Shown here in pieces: positions 13,913 to 27,282 of a stretch of 64,000 nt of DNA (within the stretch, counting starts at the first letter, position 1; each line of letters opens with the position of its first letter). The notes under the pieces were generated by a model, which worked only from the letters and a program-made list of their open reading frames with translations, did no database searches and was not told where the DNA came from. The stretch is from Lepidodermella squamata (Eukaryota > Animalia > Gastrotricha). The translations under genes and the position numbers were made by a program. Location: the NCBI GenBank assembly GCA_047495785.1, contig JBLDXI010000055.1, positions 682,001 through 746,000 on the forward strand, read 5' to 3'.

Positions 13913-14669
13913 ATTTCTTCAAATACATGTTAGATTTAATCATAAATTATAGCGCAATATTATACTCAATTACTCTTTTAAGCTTTGAAATCCCAATAAC
14001 AATAGAGAAAGCAGTTATTAGAAAAAACGGTAGATCGTCTCGCTTGCGTTAGCTTTCAAGGGCTAAGGTCTTTGACTGAAGCGCGACTTTCGATTTTCGA
14101 TTTCGAGCTTCATACGCCCGCAGCCACCGATCACCGATTAAGGGTGCATACGCGGGTGGCCATACTCCTTGGTTAGAACTTTCAGAACATCGAAATCGTT
14201 CTTTAGTGGTCGTCATCAGTCAGAGCCAGTTTTAAGAAATGGAGATGGCGTTCAGGAGATGTCTTGTGCAGTGTGCAGCCAGTAACTCGTACAGTCGTCT
14301 TAGATGCTATTCGAACATCGGCCTAGCTAATAGATTGATCTTATGGCGATTTCTATGTCCTGATAGCTGATAGCGACGCCGGCTTAGTCAATAGTCAATA
14401 CTTAGTTCCATTCATAAGCTGCTCTATCCCCTGAGTGGCGTTTAGGAATGGAATGGATTTATCGTCGACGCCAGACAATATTTCATAATTAACAACATAG
14501 AGGAATACACACATCGATTAATGAGTAATAAGGCAAGTATTACGGTTAGGCCATTAGCAGCTCGCAGTTAAACATGAGATTATAAAACATGTTTACTAAA
14601 ACTAAGTTCTCTGAGCTCTTTAAGGGCGTAGGGCAGTAGTTCCGGCTGATCGGGGTGATCCATGTCTGT

Positions 14670-15400
14670 TAAATTGAAGAGGCAAGCCAAACGCGTCTCT
14701 GCGAACCATTTGAGGGTGCTCGAGCGAAACGGCCGAGTTTGGTCGAGGTGCGTGGGCATTGAAGGATGAAATGTACTACTTGCCGCCAGCCCATGCTTTT
14801 TCCTACGATAGGCAGATCGACGCCGCAGAGCAGGCAGATGTTCGGGTAACTAAATTAGGCCGGTTTATAGAGTGCATCGCACTTTATGAGCGGGAGTGCT
14901 TGGGCCAAATCGAGTGGAAGTGCTAGGAAGTATTTCTCAGCCATGTTTGCCGCGCCACGCTGACCGTAAAACGGGTGATTGGGGTAATAACTGACAATTT
15001 CTTTCGCGATAAACTTATCAGCAGCCAGCAAGGATTGACGCTTTGCCAGCTCGATCTTGACATGAGCCGAAATATCGATTTCACTGACAATGTTCAGCTG
15101 CAATTTATCAATCAGTTCCCTTGCGCGGAAGGACAGATTACGCGGGACGTTTTTCATCCACTGAGCGGCAGTGAACGCGTTACCAAGCGATGATTCCGAT
15201 GGCACTTCCGCCATGCGATAATGAAAACGAATCGCAGCCTGCTCATATGCCAATTTAGGTGAGAGAAGTCGTGCAACAGTAACGTGTGTTTGGTTGCTGT
15301 CGGTAGGCCGAGACAGCGTTTGGCGAACCTGGCGTGGTCCAGCTGGTCGGTTTCACTAGCGAATAGGCCCCAGATCTCAGCCCACATAGGCTCCAAGAGC
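14670..15400 (-). mobile_element. 5'-truncated, decayed non-LTR retrotransposon (LINE ORF2 C-terminal region)
   Basis: EIWG...LDHARFAKRCLGLP, then a frameshift to AAIRFHYRM, then an in-frame TAA at about 14855, then CLLCG...HFILQCP. This matches the post-RT region and C-terminal CCHC finger of LINE ORF2. No introns. Confidence 0.7.
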
Positions 15401-15653
15401 GCCTGTTTAGTAGCTTTGACTTTTGACTGATGTGATTCGACTTCGATTTAAATATTCTGACACGGCCAAGGGCGTAGTCGTGGGCAACTATACTACTTGG
15501 GTTCGAATTCCTTGCAAAATCATCACATACCTAAACTTCAACGATGGAAGAAAGCTGATAAAATCGTACATCAACGCTGCTTACATACATCACCCTGAAA
15601 CTCCCATTTCTTTTATATCATTTGTGATTTTCTGACTCATCTAGTTTCTTAAA

Positions 15654-16220
15654 ATGGCGAGCAAAGAGGTTCCCAAATATTGGGACCCATCCACGGTCTA
15701 CGATTTAGTACGTTGAGACTGCTGATTATGGACTTTTATTCATTTATGCCCTATTTTCAGTCGGCGGAAGAGCAAGAGAACATTCGCCAACGAGCGAAAA
15801 TCCGAGAGAAATTTCGCGCTGATTATTTAAAGAAAAGCTCTGACCCCATGCGTGCGGCTACATATCCTTCGTCGCTGGTAAACCATGCCTAAACTTTTTT
15901 GTACGTATAACGTATAATTGTAACGTTTGTTTGTTACAAGTTTGATCCAGCTATCCAGCGATATTTGTCGATGCGTGCCACTCAACAAGACTACTTTCGA
16001 CCAACTCCACGCTCCGCTTTAGCAGGCATTCTAGTTATCCTGCCCTTCACTCTTTTCACCTACTATGTCACGAACGACTATGTATGTTATTGCAGCGTTT
16101 AAATGATCACATTTTTCTCATTGATGGCTTCATTTATAGATGACGAATGAACGGAAACGTCGAAATGGCGAAGTTTCCTATCGCGACAGGCTATTCAAAT
16201 TTGTGAGCGGAACTTCCTAA
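15654..16220 (+). CDS. NDUFB4: NADH dehydrogenase (complex I) beta subcomplex subunit 4 (B15), 4 exons
   Basis: Spliced product MASKEVPKYWDPSTVYDL|SAEEQENIRQRAKIREKFRADYLKK...|FDPAIQRYLSMRATQQDYFRPTPRS-TM|MTNERKRRNGEVSYRDRLFKF. It carries the DPA...FRPTP motif and one TM helix. AATAAA at 16377. Confidence 0.88.
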
Positions 16221-19200
16221 AACGTGGTAGCTGAGAAAACAGACTATGGAAAGGAATGCATTAACCCACACCTACATCTATCCTCTTTGATGTCATCACC
16301 ACGGCATTATGTATAAATTACTAATCGGAACATCTTTCAGATCAATCGATCGTAGAACCTGCCCGTTACTTGTTAAAATAAATAACAGGAGATTAAATGA
16401 TTTTTTTTGCGTTGGCAATTTCTGAACTATTTCTGGCACATCAGTTACTGGTAAAATGCATTGGCTTCAAGTGCATATACACATGAACGTTTTGATTAGG
16501 ACTGTGTCAGAGAAAAATCGAAGGTGGTGCACGAAAAATCCCAAGTGTGGAATACCGCTGCTCAAGCGGAGGACCATAGAACATCAGCTTCCAGCTCTAG
16601 TCCATCTGTATACCTATCGCTGTCCAGTCGCCTAAATATTTCCGAAACTAATTTTGCCATCACTGTAAATAACTAAGATACACAAATTGATGTACGATTT
16701 ACGACTTCACTTTGTTTGGAATGCAAATCACGATAGGTTTGCAACTGTAAAACTCACTGAAAATGTTGCCACTCGTTAAATCTTTAAATCGCCACCTTCA
16801 ATTATTTTTGGCGGACCAGGTCCCGCAGTCCCGCCATCCTAAGTTTAACGGTATCTAATGAGCGTAATATCTAGCATCTAGTTGTTGCGATCGTCGTACT
16901 TTTTGCCCCATTTGAATCTAATATTGTAAAAACAGGTTAATCCAAATACTAACGACTTGAAATGTGAAATGGGATGAATTCTTTGAATTTTCTTCGTTCT
17001 TGATTCACACTCTAAGCAAAGGAACTTTGCCTATGTTTCAGATGCTCCGTAACAAAATCATTTCATTTTGTATAAAGATTTAGGAAATTCAGAGTCCGAT
17101 AAATATGATCTCCCTAAAATTCACTTGTATTAGTACAACGAATTCAGCAACAAGTAGACCACAGGACATCGAATGGAACTGAACTAAAATGACGAGACTG
17201 AACGGACAACTGTGATATGCCCATTTTTTTCCTTTAACTTTGCTCGAGCTTCCTCATTGGATTCAGACTCGCTAAATAAATAAATGAATAAATAAATACA
17301 CGTTACACATCTGCCATTCCGTTGCAAAACAAAATGCAAAAACAAAACAGTAATCATTAACAATAATCCCACGCAGCATTAAAGCTTCAGCTTAGCTCAA
17401 GTTTATTGTAATCGAAAGGAGATATCACGAATAACATTGACACTTGAAGGTCAATTCAAAGAGCATCTGATTTTTGAATGGCCGAACGTCTCTCAGCGGA
17501 ATTCCTCAACATGGCTTTTGAAAACTCATCTGCGAAGTCGGAGATGATCTGGCAGCTGAATTTTCTTTCGCTGTCCTCTCCTCCCGAGTCTCAAATCTCT
17601 CGTCTCTTCGGCATAGCAGATCCAAAGTGTCTCGACGGTGTTACATTCTTCCTTCGATACACATCAGGCTATCGACCATCCGCCACATAATTAGAACTTC
17701 GGCGACTCTGATTTCGGCAAATGGCGCACCGTCGTCAATATTTTCGTATCGATGTCTCCGTTCCCACATCGCAACTGCAAAATCTCCCATTTTAGCTAGC
17801 AGTTGATGAAACGTGAGTCTCCAAGTCGTCTCCTTGATTCACACAAGCTTAATTCGTTTCAAAGAAGGACCTTCCAATGCAGCTTATCTTTGCTGTTTCG
17901 ACCACTGTTAATAGCTGCCAAATGACCAGAAATACTCTTTGCCAATGGCTCACGATTCAAAATTATAAATTCTAAAATAAGAAATGATATTTCTCAATTA
18001 CCTCAATAAATTTGTTTAAAAGGAAATAACTTTTTTCGTGGGTATAACAAATTCAACTTGATTATTCAGCCCTTGCCACTTTTCAAGCGTAAATTACACT
18101 GCAGACCAGAAGTGACAATCGAATTTATTGATGATCTGCTGTTAACATCTGTAAAATCATGAATGACGTTGAGCTCTAGGCCTAAAATTTACGAAAATAC
18201 TTTCTCTAATCAATACTAGGAGAGGGGAATTTGTTAATATCACTCGACAGTAAATTTGAAGACTAATTTCAAATTTGGGTGATTGTGATACGACAATTTT
18301 TCAACGAATTATTCCAGTCTCAAGTTTCAAAAGTTAAAAAGAAGTGAAGGCCGAGGTATCAAATAAATAAAGCAAAAGCCTACAAAATCGCGAATATGCG
18401 TATTCTATGTGCGTATGAAAGCTGACTGAGGCAAGCCGCGCTATATCGTCAGCGTAAGCGCATGTGGCAAGAAAATTTGACTTTGAGTGACCTTCGCACC
18501 TTAAAATATTTACACTACATGACAGGATGATGACGACAATGATGACAACTATAGGACAGGATCGTAAGCGTCCGATCTTTACTATTAGCCATCCGCCATG
18601 ACTGGAGTACCAAGGGAGCATATCCATAAACCAGACCTGAACCTCCCAGAGCGTTCCCCCAGCTCGCAATTTTCTCACTAGCTCCGCCGTATTTCGACAG
18701 CTCGAGTCCATCTGGTCGAGGAGAAATTGTTAACTCGTGATCGTGATCGACTTAGTACCCTCGGACATTAGGTAGAGTTAACAAAAATAAGGCGGAAAGG
18801 GCTCTTGTGACTGGTAAATTAACCAAAACATGCAAACAGTTTTCCTCAAACGGTTGAACTGGCTATCAATCGACAGGAAGCGCCTAGCGCCTAATTCCTA
18901 ATTCACAAATACCTATTGGCATAATTACCTCGGTTGCCAACGCAGGAAACGCGTTTTGAATTTCGCGGACGACTGAATTCCCGGCACTTCAACATTTTCA
19001 ACTGCGGCAAAATAAAGTAATTTTTCAATTTTGAATAAAAGATTTTAAAAAATAATGCATTTATCATTGATATAATTTATATGTGAATGATGTTAATCTT
19101 TTTGTTAAAATTTTTGGCGTTCGTTTTGGCGTCGTCGCTAGCGTCAGATTTAGGCAATTGCCACAGTGACCGTTAGACATTGCGGAGTGTCCGGCAGGTT

Positions 19201-19245
19201 TTAGGCATTTCAAGCATAAATTTACTATCTCAAAGAGCATCACGC

Positions 19246-20651
19246 ATGATGCGTAAAAGAACTAGAACTTTCTTGGCTGTCGAAGAACGCCCAAGAAAGC
19301 GTTTGGATGCCGAGTCTGGATCCACAAGTTCATCCGGTAAAGTCATCTGTGCCTTTTATGAGACTTATCATTGATATTTATTGTTTCACACAGTTACTGA
19401 CGAAGATGTTCGAATTTCTGAAAAAGATGTAGTCGTGTCGTCAGCGGCTGTCGATCTCATATTTTCTACTTCATGCATGACTCCTGATCACTCCAATTAC
19501 GATGTGCTATCCGTGGATGAGAGAATATGCTCGTTCGATCATGATTCATCCAATGATCCTGCCGTTGATGATGTTCGTGCTGATATTGAGCACTGCACCG
19601 ATATCGTTACTTATTATTCTGACGAAGTGAACTCGGTAACAAATGAGAACGGGTCACAAGAGATGCATCACTTGCAAGTGCAATGTCAATCTCGGGTTGA
19701 AAGTGACGGGAGCAGTGAGACTCAAACGCATATTGAATGGGAACTGCTCGACCCGTGAGTTTTACGCAGAGCTGTTCATTATATTATATATAGCACTTGA
19801 CGTATTTTTTCGTAGTTATGTCTTCATCAAGAACCTTCCTCCTCTTGAAACTGTGCGTGTACCGCCTGTGCCAGCGCTACCCCTGAAAACAAGAAGATCT
19901 CCTCAGTACTCTTTGGTTCTCGACCTTGTAAGTTTTATTCACAAACTTTCATTTCATGTTGATAATTTATCCCCGTTCCTAGGATGAAACATTGGTTCAT
20001 TGCAGCCTGACTGAACTAGAAGATTCTCAGCTTACCTTCAATGTGCTTTATCAAGAACAATTATACAAGGTTGTTTTAATTGCGATGTACTAATGTTTTT
20101 ACGTGTTTACGATCTACAGGTATACGTGAGAATCAGGCCTCATTTCTACGAATTCCTGGAGCAAGTATCTCAGTGGTACGAGGTAGTATTGTTCACAGCA
20201 TCAAAGCGGGTATATGCTGACAAGCTCATCGACCTTTTAGACCCTCAGCGGAAATTTATTCGGTATGTTAAGCAATATGGCCTCTAATTTACTCTATGCA
20301 TCAATTTTACAGTCATCGATTGTTCCGTGAACACTGCATATGTGTGAATGGGAACTATGTCAAAGACTTGACAATTCTCGGTCGCGATTTATCGAAAACA
20401 ATCATTATCGATAACTCGCCCCAGGCGTTCGGCTATCAATTGGAAAACGGGATCCCAATTGAGAGTTGGTACATGGATAACAATGACTCTGAGTTGATAA
20501 AACTGGTCCCTTTTCTGAACGAACTAGTGACTGAGGTAAGAGCTGTCCATTTTTTGATGATTCATATTCTATCTTTGTGTAACAGGGTTGCGACGTGCGT
20601 CCAAAAATCGCAAGCCGGTTTCGGCTGCGAGAGCTGCTTCCCAAGGATTGA
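19246..20651 (+). CDS. CTDSPL2: CTD small phosphatase-like 2 (SCP4), HAD/FCP1 family, multi-exon
   Basis: [12 protein letters not shown]...[19 protein letters not shown]|DETLVHCSL (the DxDxT catalytic motif is split by an intron), [63 protein letters not shown]. Confidence 0.92.
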
Positions 20652-22499
20652 AGAGTGTTAGCTTAGTCAAAAAAGTGCAACAATACGAGCCTCTTGATCC
20701 TTTATTGCCTTACGCTAAAAAGATGGTTTTGTTAACTTTTCTTACTGCAATTTTGCACAACAAAATTGGTATTTGATTTATAAGAACGACTTTGTACGTG
20801 TGTGTTTGTATGTGCGAGAGACTGTGCGGAAGGATGCCGATGGCGATTCCTAATTGATTAATTTATACGTCGAGAGACAACAACTCCATTTGTGCGCTTG
20901 TCTAATATCTTCTTTTGTCGTCGCTGTTTCGAAATCGAAATTTAACGTTCCTCTCTTCTAAACTGTTTCGAAGCAGTGTAAATATTGCTTGTTAATGCAT
21001 GGAAGCTGTTAGTAGCCAGTGGCACAGTAGTAACGTTTGTGTTTAGACTGTCCTGAAAAATCTAGGCAATGAAGTTGCTCACACAACAAAACGCTATAAT
21101 TCGTGTACCCATTGTTTGAGTTCTTCGATTAGGAAATCTACTAAGCAGAAGTCGATTTCTTCCATTAATGCAGCAAAATGAATATTCAGATTGGATATTG
21201 CTGCTTTCTCAAGGCCATGACGCATTATGGGTACTATGACTGCTTATTGTTGCCCTTATCAAAAATTGCATCGCATCGAGAGTTGGTATCATTTTCCTTT
21301 TCTCCTGGCTTGGTCGTTGATTTTGTTGTGCTTCAGTTGCTTGATAACACACCAATCATATTCATAACTACAATATTCTATCTATTCTTATGCAAAAAGC
21401 AGTTATAAGTAGACAGTCATCCACGACATGTAGTTGATATCGCCTATTTGCGCCTTCTTGTAACTGAGAGAAAACTACAAAATTTATGATCTTTGATTGT
21501 TGTTTCGGTTCTTTGAAATTTATTATGAACATTTGTTTTGGAGTGCTCTTTTCATTATATTTTTTATAATGAAGGAGAAAAAACGTGTTTGTTCTTGTTT
21601 TGCCTGATGTATGATACAAAGTTAAAACGAATAATGATCGATTGCTAGTTTCTTAGCTCTATTTCTGATACGATCGGTAGCATTTTATATTTACATAACG
21701 ATTGTTTCTATGAATGTGCATCAAATGCTACTACTAGTACTAGTACTGATATTTGTCCCTTTCTGTTGTTTTCACTTGTCTGGCGTCCTCCAAAGAAGTA
21801 GCATATCGTCGGCTATTTTGTGTTTCGTGCCTCGGGCAACAGCGCGCAAATTTTGGCGCACGCACACTATTTGGTACTGCTGCGTGTGGCGCGCGTCATT
21901 TCTATTGGCGTCGGCTTCCTCAGACGACTGCGGCAACGAAGACGAAGTTGAGCGAAACACAATTTATTTGAAAACGTTCCTATTTCGCCTTGCAGTCGGT
22001 CGCAGTCTGAGCCAACGAATGAGAGATAAAGAGACACATACCAAACCTCGACGACGAACACCTTAATGTTTTAACTATTTTAATCAAGGCGCTCACAGTT
22101 GTGCTAAGGTGGCGCCTGTATTGACAATTCGCAGCCTCTTCGCGTTACCTTCTTTGTTAGTGTTTGATGCTGCCCGTTCTTTTTTTGTTTGAAGAGGAAG
22201 ATACGGAGTCTTTTTTGTTTTTGTACTACCTTGCGCATATTATTACCATAATATAATATTATTGTCTAATTCTATTACAATTATTGATTATTATATTATT
22301 GTTCAACGTGAGTTTTAACTTGTTATAACAATAATTTTGGTGTCTCCACACAGTAAAAAAGCATATTAAACGAAATAAAAAATGATTTGAAGTCTTTTAT
22401 TGGCTCATTTTCCATTACTTACTACAAGTATAAAACTTCAGGTAGCGTATTTCGGCAGCACACGGGAGATGCAAATTAGAATGTTACAAAAAACCTGCC

Positions 22500-23212
22500 T
22501 CATGTGTTATCTTGCTCCTGAATGCGCAGATCGTGAGAATATGTGGAGGAAGGAGACGAGATTTCCGTGGGAATTTGTTGTAGCAAAGGTGGATTGAGAT
22601 AGCTCTGATGTGAATGATGAGCGCTTTTATGGCAGCCCTCGCGATTTAGCACATTCCGAGGATTAGCCAAGTTATGCCGAGCCCTTCGCTTAGCAATATG
22701 GTATTTTCTAAAGCAGAAGAAAAATTGTTGATATTATCATTATTATTGTTGTTTTTATCGATATCGCTGGTCATATTTGCCTACCTGTATTGCGAATAAC
22801 AAACAATCGAGGTAAACAACACAAGCCACAGAATGAGAACGATGCCTTCGCCCATGACGAGATAAAGTCCGACAGCGGCATTGCCGTGCTCGGTGTGAGC
22901 GTGGTTCTTCGTCGTCACCACTGGCCGGCTGGTTGTTGTAGATAAGGTGGATTGCGGTGATGTCGCCGTTGTTGAAAAAGACCGGCTGGCACCGGCTGTT
23001 GTTGAAAAGGACGATAAAGCATTGCTCCACGATGAAGACGTCCGCAATAAACTAGCCCCAGGAAGGGAGGAAACAGGCGATGCCATCAATTCTGGAGCTA
23101 ATTCAACTTCACGGCTGGTGTCTTCGTACGTTAAGGTCGCGTACTCAAACATAGGCTGGCCCAGCGCAGCTGACGGAGCCGGTGTAGTCGATCGAATCGT
23201 TAAGCCTTTCAT
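22500..23212 (-). CDS. Uncharacterised single-pass membrane protein with Ser/Thr-rich ectodomain (at least 2 coding exons)
   Basis: ORF 22781-23212 (S/T-rich, then TM GIVLILWLVLFTSIVCY) splices AG|gtaggc...ctttag|A into an open exon RKYHIAKRRARH...QEQDNT*, ending at 22500. Upstream exon(s) are unresolved. Confidence 0.65.
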
Positions 23213-26200
23213 GACTAAAATAAGGATAAAATAAATTGAAATATTTCGCCTGAATGAACATGCAATTCATTGAATACATAAAATTTCATTTAATTCAGAA
23301 AAAATCGCACGTGCGCAGGTATATGCATCTTTACTGTGATTTCATGAAATTATCTAACCACGCATTTTTTTATAAGAACGGATGAGCGATTTTGTAATGA
23401 GTCCATATATTCATCATGGCCCATTCTTATGCGCCAGGCATGCAGGTAAATAATACTTGATAGTTTAAGAGCGTGCCGATGAGATGAGAAAAAATCCCAC
23501 GTCTCGCTTCGGGCTATTCTCCGAAAAAATCCTAGCAAATTAGAATAATGTTAATGCTATACCTGATCACTAGTACTATGGTATCCTAATTTTGAATAAA
23601 CGAAAGGCTACCGCTCTTCTTTCATGGCGAGTTTTTTCGGCCCGCCGACTCCATATCCTTGCTAATATATAACCACAATGTGATTCCTTCCCAGTGCAAG
23701 AGTAAATATTTTAAATGTGTGGGTAGCAAAATCTTATAGGTATCCTGATCGCGTTTATAGAGGAAACTAGCAGTAATATAATTCAACTATGAGGTATCTA
23801 CACAACTTGTTATACACAAACCATTTCTCGAATAATTATTGGCACGTCGAGTGCTGCTCTTCAGATCAAACATATTGCCAGCCATAAAGTAAGATTAAAA
23901 AATAAATCGGCAATATAGCGGCGCGTGTGCTGAATCGAGTGTTTGGTCGGCGGTGACCACGGACGATAGGCGAACGATCGGCGTCGGAAGAAATCGGCGT
24001 GTTTTTATGTGAAAAACTCTCAAAACTTTGAATAGCCGACCGTCAAAAATAGGAGTGTCAAATCTCAACTTATTAATAGGTTCGGCCGAAAATCATATGC
24101 AAGCGAATACGAAGCGGTGCAATAGCGGAACTATTCGCTTATAGCACACGAGAAAAAACCGGAAAATAGGATTAAACGCGCGAAAATAATTAACAACATA
24201 TGATAATTAAGCGCCTTTGGGAGGCGCTGAAAATATATTGCTCAAGCACAGATTTCGTGTTTATATACCGATGCCATAAAAGGCCCAATTACGCGCTCCA
24301 TTTGTTATTTCGGCTTACATAAATTTATATATATATCAAATATTATACTGACAGCTGTACGCTTTCAGCTGCAAAAAAATCATCGTACGCACGGCGATGA
24401 ATGGCCGATTTCAATTTGTCTGATTTTCGAGAGCGTGCTTTAAATGAACGTGAGCGTATAAAGGTATCTTGGTTATTGGAAGATAAATAAAAATAAATAT
24501 CAGCATAATAAAATTACGCCGCCGCCGCTGAAATTGTAGAGCAACGCGCGGAGCTGATAGGATTTTTTTCTCAACAACCATAAGCCATTTTTCATTGCTA
24601 TGATGTATTGAACAATTATTGTCAAAAGTGACCCTCGGTCCAATCGGACTGGCAAATACTCTTCATCAAAGGCGTTTCCTCACTTACCGTCATCGTCTTC
24701 CCCGAATAACATAACGCGAGTGTCAAAACTTGATCGAAGAAACATGTTGTCCGGATTGAATTAGAATCGTTTTATACAGTAAGAGCAGTTATCAAGTGTA
24801 GTATAGTTGATGACAATAAAAAGCAGGAAGGATGGTTATCCTATAAAATCCACCGCTAACTTGTCAGCAGACATTGTTGTTGTGTCGTAGATTAAAAATA
24901 GTCGCTATTTGCGTCGCCATCTTATTAGATACTTGACAGCATAGTGTCTTGGTACTGAGGACTTCTTCTGCTAACTCAAGTAATGACCACTTTAGGTTCA
25001 ATGCGACGCAGAGAAAAAAATAGATAAGAGACGATCCCAATAATCGTCAAAATGTTATATACGATGGGCGAGTGGCGTAATAAAATGAATAAAAGTTTTC
25101 TATAATATTGGAAATAGCTAGGGAAACCGACGTAGCAATATTGTTGTCTCGCGAACGTAATCTCTATATGTAAAAGGGAAATCGCCGGCCGGAAGAAAAC
25201 AAGCGCTCCTATCATGGCTCCGATTTTAGTGCCATTTTTCGTGTCACGTATGTTCAAGACTGAGGGCGAGCGCGCGCGCGGTGATCGAGTTGTGCCATGC
25301 CAGAAAACGCGGAAAAATATTACATTACCGGACCGTCGCCAACTGCGGCAACGCCGTGGCACACTTTTTGGAAACTTGAAATTACCGTCGCCGTTTGCCT
25401 TCTGCACATTGACCGGCCGCCGTTTCGCTCCAACACGCAATGTCCGCATGCCGGCGATTTCTGATTGAATTAACAGCGATCGTTGTCTTTCAATGTGATT
25501 TCACCATTTGGTAAAATTATAATTAAATAATATTTTTGAACCAAAATCAAGAAGCTCTAAAGTAACAGATTGAAGCAGAAAGCAAGCAAAACAAATGGGA
25601 ATTTATTCATGTAGCCATTATGTTTCTGCCAAATATCATTTGTTCTATGTGAGCTAATCTGAAAAAACCGATGAAGTGACAACAGCATACGTGATTGGGT
25701 CTTTTTGATGAGGCCGCCACACTTGTATTATCTTTTGTTTTCAGGCTATTGTTGGGCATTTGCACCCCTGGGGTTTACTGGTCATTTACGAGCTGTCTCA
25801 TTTGAATGATATGAAATATCGACCCAATCAAATTATCGGTGCTACACCTTCAAAAATAGGGCACAAGCCGCGATCCTTAGTATTCAAATTTTATTGAACA
25901 TGTTAACAAAAAAACGTCACAGATAAGTAGACGACGCCGGCCGACATGTTAATATGTTAACATAAAAAACAGCTGCAGCAGATCAGGTCATTGTCAAAGC
26001 CGCAACTGCGCTTAAAAACAGAGAGATACAATATCGCTGACTGGATATCAAATGAAATCGACATGAGAGCGAACAAATGTAACATCAAGACGAAAACAAC
26101 TAGAGACATGTGCATGCAGTTTGATCAAACGATTTTTCACGCGATCACGGTAGCGAAAGGCGGTCGTCATAACGACTGTTAGACCCGGAAAAGCCGTCAT

Positions 26201-26487
26201 TCGGCATTGACTGGAATGATTATACCCAAAGGTGAATTAACAGTAAAATACTTGGGAACGTTCTGTGCTTTTCATCATAATCATCAGTCATAACAACAAG
26301 TTTCCAACCAGAAAAAAAAGTAAAATTGAAAAATTGATTCAGTTGAAATAAGACAGTTCTCTTTTCACGACCTTGTTTTGTTTACAAATAACAAATCATT
26401 CTTCGAGCCGAAAAACGCTCAAAGAAATTGTAAGGTTATGAATATTAAGACAAATCAAGTTTGAAGATCAGGCAGCTAGGAGAATGC

Positions 26488-27282
26488 TTATTCAGCATCC
26501 TCATCCTCATCATAATCATCTTCGTCCTCCTCTTCATCTTCTTCCTCATCGTGGTGCTGAACTGGAGCAGCCGCTTTCGTCTTCTTGGCAGGTGAACTAC
26601 CGCCGGCACCTCCTTGGTAAGAGGCCATTTCTTTTTCATAGCGTTCCTTGTCCTTTTGGGCTTGTTGTTCATAGCGTTCTCGCGCAGTGCCTTGGCATTG
26701 TTCCCACATTTTACCCAACTCTTTGGCAACATCGCCGACCTGTTTAAATAGAGATGTTTAAATGGCGAATACGGTCTATACTAAACATACTCTCCATTCG
26801 GGATGCGATTTTTGCACTTCAGGCCTTTTCTCGTGGCAGAACATAAAAAATGCAGATAAGTAGCGCTTAGGAGCGTTCGGATCTTTCGTCTTTTTCCGTT
26901 TCCGGCCGCTGCTTTCCCCTGGCGCAGGAACGTACGTTTCCATTTCTTTCTGAAATCTCAATTTATCACGTGCTGCCATATCGTTGAATTTTTTCTTGTC
27001 TTTCTCCGGTAAATTCTATGTTGCAAAAATATAAGTTTTGTCTTATTGCAGTAAGCTAGCAACTCACCTTCCATTTTTCTGCGCAGGTTTTCGAAAATTC
27101 CTTCAAAACCATTGGCTGGTTGGGGCTAGATAGGAACGTTTCATATGTGGAAAATTTTCAACAGATTGAAAAATTGCTTACCACCGCTTTTGATGTTCTT
27201 CGCGACAAACTTGAAGGAAACAGAAGTAGGCTGTTTTTGCAGCAGATGGCTTATTGCTTCCAGCCGCGCCTTTTTTAACCAT
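26488..27282 (-). CDS. HMGB: High-mobility group protein B (two HMG boxes plus acidic tail), 4 coding exons
   Basis: TAYFCFLQVCREEHQK|...EFSKTCAEKWK|...KKTKDPNAPKRYLSAFFMFCHEKRP...|VGDVAKELGKMW...DKERYEKEM...DEEEDEEEDEDD. Confidence 0.95.

Noticed and set aside
15465-15516. GGTTCGAATTCC, a tRNA B-box-like motif
   Set aside because: I could not fold a cloverleaf or find a convincing A-box.
17400-17720. In-frame stops in coding-like sequence suggesting selenocysteine or an alternative genetic code
   Set aside because: Both TAG and TGA interrupt the frame, while real genes in the window terminate with TAA, TAG and TGA. No SECIS element was recognised.
21710-22066. 118-aa plus-strand ORF with a hydrophobic start
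   Set aside because: It lies in the convergent 3' UTR zone, has no domain or splice support, and the hydrophobic start comes from a simple tactag repeat.
22451-22462. TTCGGCAGCACA matches the 5' part of U6 snRNA
   Set aside because: The match is only 12 nt, and no ACAGAGA box or other U6 sequence follows.
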